DNA of 64,000 nt, taken from NCBI GenBank assembly GCA_965212015.1, contig OZ243037.1, positions 1,120,001 through 1,184,000 of the forward strand, in the 5' to 3' direction. A model generated the notes under the pieces. The model ran no database searches, was not told the origin of the DNA, and was given only the letters and a program-made list of their open reading frames with translations. This DNA comes from Cenarchaeum sp. (lineage in GTDB: Archaea; Thermoproteota; Nitrososphaeria; Nitrososphaerales; Nitrosopumilaceae). Of this stretch, positions 61,801 through 64,000 are shown piece by piece; the stretch's first letter is position 1, and every line of letters starts with the position of its first letter. The translations under genes and the position numbers were made by a program.

Positions 61801-62504
61801 GCTATCTTTTTTGCCTCCTCTATTGTGATCTTGTTCTCGTATAATGCCCTGCCCAGAATCACCCCGGATGCGTTGCAGTCCCGGACCGGCGCCAGATCAC
61901 CGATGCCTGATATTCCGCCGCTGGCGATCACATTGGCGCCGGCAATGGCACACGCGTCTTTGAGGCATGCCAGATCCGGCCCGCACATGGCCCCGTCCCG
62001 GTCCACGTTGGTAAGCAGAAACTCTGTAAATCCCGCCTTCAAAAAGCCCCGCATGCCCTCAAATAGATTCACGCCCGTGTCCCTTTGCCATCCATTAACC
62101 ATTATGCTTTTGCCCACGTGATCCACAGAGATGACTATTCTGTCGTGGCCGTATCTGGCTGCGATTTTTTTGAGCGTATCGCAGTCATCAAAGGCCATCG
62201 TGCCCAGGACAATCCTTTCAGAGCATCCCATGGCCTCGTCTGCCAGCGATTCGGTCCTCAGGCCGCCTGCAACTTGTACTGGAATGACAGTTTCCGCCGA
62301 TATCCTTTTGATCATTGAAAGGTTGGAGCCCCGTCCCAGCGTCGCGTCCAGATCCACCACGTGCAAAAAGTCGGCGCCTGCCTCCTCCCATTTTTTTGCG
62401 ACCAGTACAGGCTCGCTGCTGTATACGGTCCTGTCTTGCGGCCTGCCCCGGAGCAGCCTGACTACCTTGCCGTCCATCAGATCAATTGCCGCAATGACCT
62501 TCAT
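61797..62504 (-). CDS. hisA: ProFAR isomerase
   Basis: AIDLMDGKVVRL and LHVVDLD motifs. Confidence 0.95.
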   Translation of the reverse strand: MKVIAAIDLMDGKVVRLLRGRPQDRTVYSSEPVLVAKKWEEAGADFLHVVDLDATLGRGSNLSMIKRISAETVIPVQVAGGLRTESLADEAMGCSERIVLGTMAFDDCDTLKKIAARYGHDRIVISVDHVGKSIMVNGWQRDTGVNLFEGMRGFLKAGFTEFLLTNVDRDGAMCGPDLACLKDACAIAGANVIASGGISGIGDLAPVRDCNASGVILGRALYENKITIEEAKKIA

Positions 62505-63103
62505 TTCGAGCACTCTCTGAGAAAATTCTCCAGTATTATCCTGCCGGCCTTGCCGGATTTTTCCGGGTGAAACTGTGTGCCAAAAAAGCTGCCCATTTCC
62601 ACCACTGCGGGTATCCTGATTCCATAGTCCGAATCGGCCACCACTATGCCGTCGTCATCCGGCCTTGCGCTGTACGAATGGACAAAGTACGCCCACGCGC
62701 CGTCATCGACTCCGTCAAGAAGCCTGCCGGGACGCCTTAGCTCGAGATTGTTCCATCCCATGTGTGGGACCTTCATAGAGTCGGGAAGCACGACTATCTC
62801 GCCTTTGATTATTCCCAGTCCCCTCTCCTGGCCCTCCTGGCTCCTCTCAAAGAACATCTCCATTCCCAGGCATATTCCAAGTACCGGGGTCCTGCCGACA
62901 CACTCCCGGATTGCAGTAACCGAGTTTTTGATGCTCTTTATCGCGGGATCAAAGTTTCCCACGCCCGGAAGCAGGATTCCAGAGTGCCCGTGGCCGTCCT
63001 CAAGGCTTGTAACTATTGTGACCTGGGCACCTGCCCTTTCCAGCGAGTTTTTAAGCGAAAAAATGTTTCCCGCCCCGTAATCAAAGACTGCTACCTTGAC
63101 CAT
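62501..63103 (-). CDS. hisH: imidazole glycerol phosphate synthase glutaminase subunit
   Basis: LPGVG, GICLG and QFHPEKS motifs. Confidence 0.97.
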   Translation of the reverse strand: MVKVAVFDYGAGNIFSLKNSLERAGAQVTIVTSLEDGHGHSGILLPGVGNFDPAIKSIKNSVTAIRECVGRTPVLGICLGMEMFFERSQEGQERGLGIIKGEIVVLPDSMKVPHMGWNNLELRRPGRLLDGVDDGAWAYFVHSYSARPDDDGIVVADSDYGIRIPAVVEMGSFFGTQFHPEKSGKAGRIILENFLRECSK

Positions 63104-63690
63104 TACATCCTACCTTTTGTGCTGGGAACTCCCTGTTTTGAATCCCTGGATGCGGCGGCTCTAAACGCGACTGCAAGCGATTTCATTGCGGATTCCACCT
63201 TGTGGTGGTCGTTCTCCCCGTACTTTACTGCAAGGTGTATGCAGGCGTTCAGGTTTTGCAGCAGGGATTCAAAAAAGTGCTCCAAATCCTCGCGCGGCAT
63301 GTCCTCTATTTTTGTCCTCTTGACTGACAGGGTTATTTTACAGTACTGCCTTTTAATCAGATCGACTGAAGCTTCTGCCAGCGACTCGTCCATCGGAACT
63401 GACGCATAGCTGAACCTGGCTATTCCGGAGCGCTTCCCCAGTGCGTCATCAATCGCACGGCCCATCGCTATTGCCGTGTCCTCAATCAGGTGGTGCGAAA
63501 TGTTGTCGCTGGATTTTGCCCTCACCGTCAGATCCAGCATTGCGTGCTTTCCAAAGGTGGAGATCAGGTGGTCAAGAAAGCTTATTCCGGTGTCCACGGA
63601 GGTCTTGCCCGTCCCGTCGAGGTTTACGTCGACTGATATGTCAGTCTCCTTTGTGGTTCGCTTTACCGTGCCTTTTCTCTGTGCAGCCAT
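63103..63690 (-). CDS. hisB: imidazoleglycerol-phosphate dehydratase
   Basis: [18 protein letters not shown] and PSTKG motifs. Confidence 0.97.
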   Translation of the reverse strand: MAAQRKGTVKRTTKETDISVDVNLDGTGKTSVDTGISFLDHLISTFGKHAMLDLTVRAKSSDNISHHLIEDTAIAMGRAIDDALGKRSGIARFSYASVPMDESLAEASVDLIKRQYCKITLSVKRTKIEDMPREDLEHFFESLLQNLNACIHLAVKYGENDHHKVESAMKSLAVAFRAAASRDSKQGVPSTKGRM

Positions 63691-63705
63691 GTCATGCGTA
63701 TCACA

Positions 63706-64000
63706 CTACTGATTTAATACCTTTGGCAGCAGGTCGATTGAGTCTATCGCCATGACGCCGTGCTTTTCAAACAGCGCCAGTTTTTTTTGCGGATCGGCGC
63801 TTGTGCCGGTTATTCCGCAAAACGTAGTCTTTACGCCCGCATCCGTGGCGCGCCTGGCCATGAGAAGATCCTCAAAGGAATCGCCCACGTACAGGCAGTG
63901 GCCAGAGCGCATCGCAGAGACTGAGCGGATTAGCGATTCCGGGTTGGGCTTGGCAAGGCTGCGCGGGTGATCCTCAAGAAAAAACGAGCTCGCCAGGTCA
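63706..64000 (-). CDS. HAD-family hydrolase, partial at the right edge
   Basis: AKPNPESL and YVGDS motifs. Confidence 0.8.
   Translation of the reverse strand, partial: DLASSFFLEDHPRSLAKPNPESLIRSVSAMRSGHCLYVGDSFEDLLMARRATDAGVKTTFCGITGTSADPQKKLALFEKHGVMAIDSIDLLPKVLNQ

Overview
This window comes from an ammonia-oxidising archaeon of the Nitrosopumilaceae/Thaumarchaeota (inferred from SlaA-type S-layer genes, the coxAB/cupredoxin cluster and the his gene order). The right part (about 46.7-64 kb) is ordinary GC-rich core genome: cox cluster, npdG, an aminotransferase, tRNA-Arg, mtnA, pgi/pmi and hisIFAHB. The left part (1-46.6 kb) is an accessory region anchored on the 3' end of tRNA-Lys(CTT). 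That 3' end recurs as att-like direct repeats at 25544 and 16461, which suggests tandemly integrated elements. The outer two share one architecture: att, tyrosine integrase (intact in one, truncated in the other), a hairpin- and tandem-repeat-rich non-coding zone, a basic QRPEV-repeat gene, a conserved upstream block, a ~1670-aa S-layer gene, then AT-rich defence cargo. The two S-layer paralogues are mosaics of near-identical and hypervariable blocks. The middle segment carries a large surface subtilase with a frameshifting poly-C tract, a CAP protein and a degenerate tRNA. IS110, IS5, IS66 and IS630 copies or remnants are scattered through the region. All calls come from reading motifs by eye; no searches were run.
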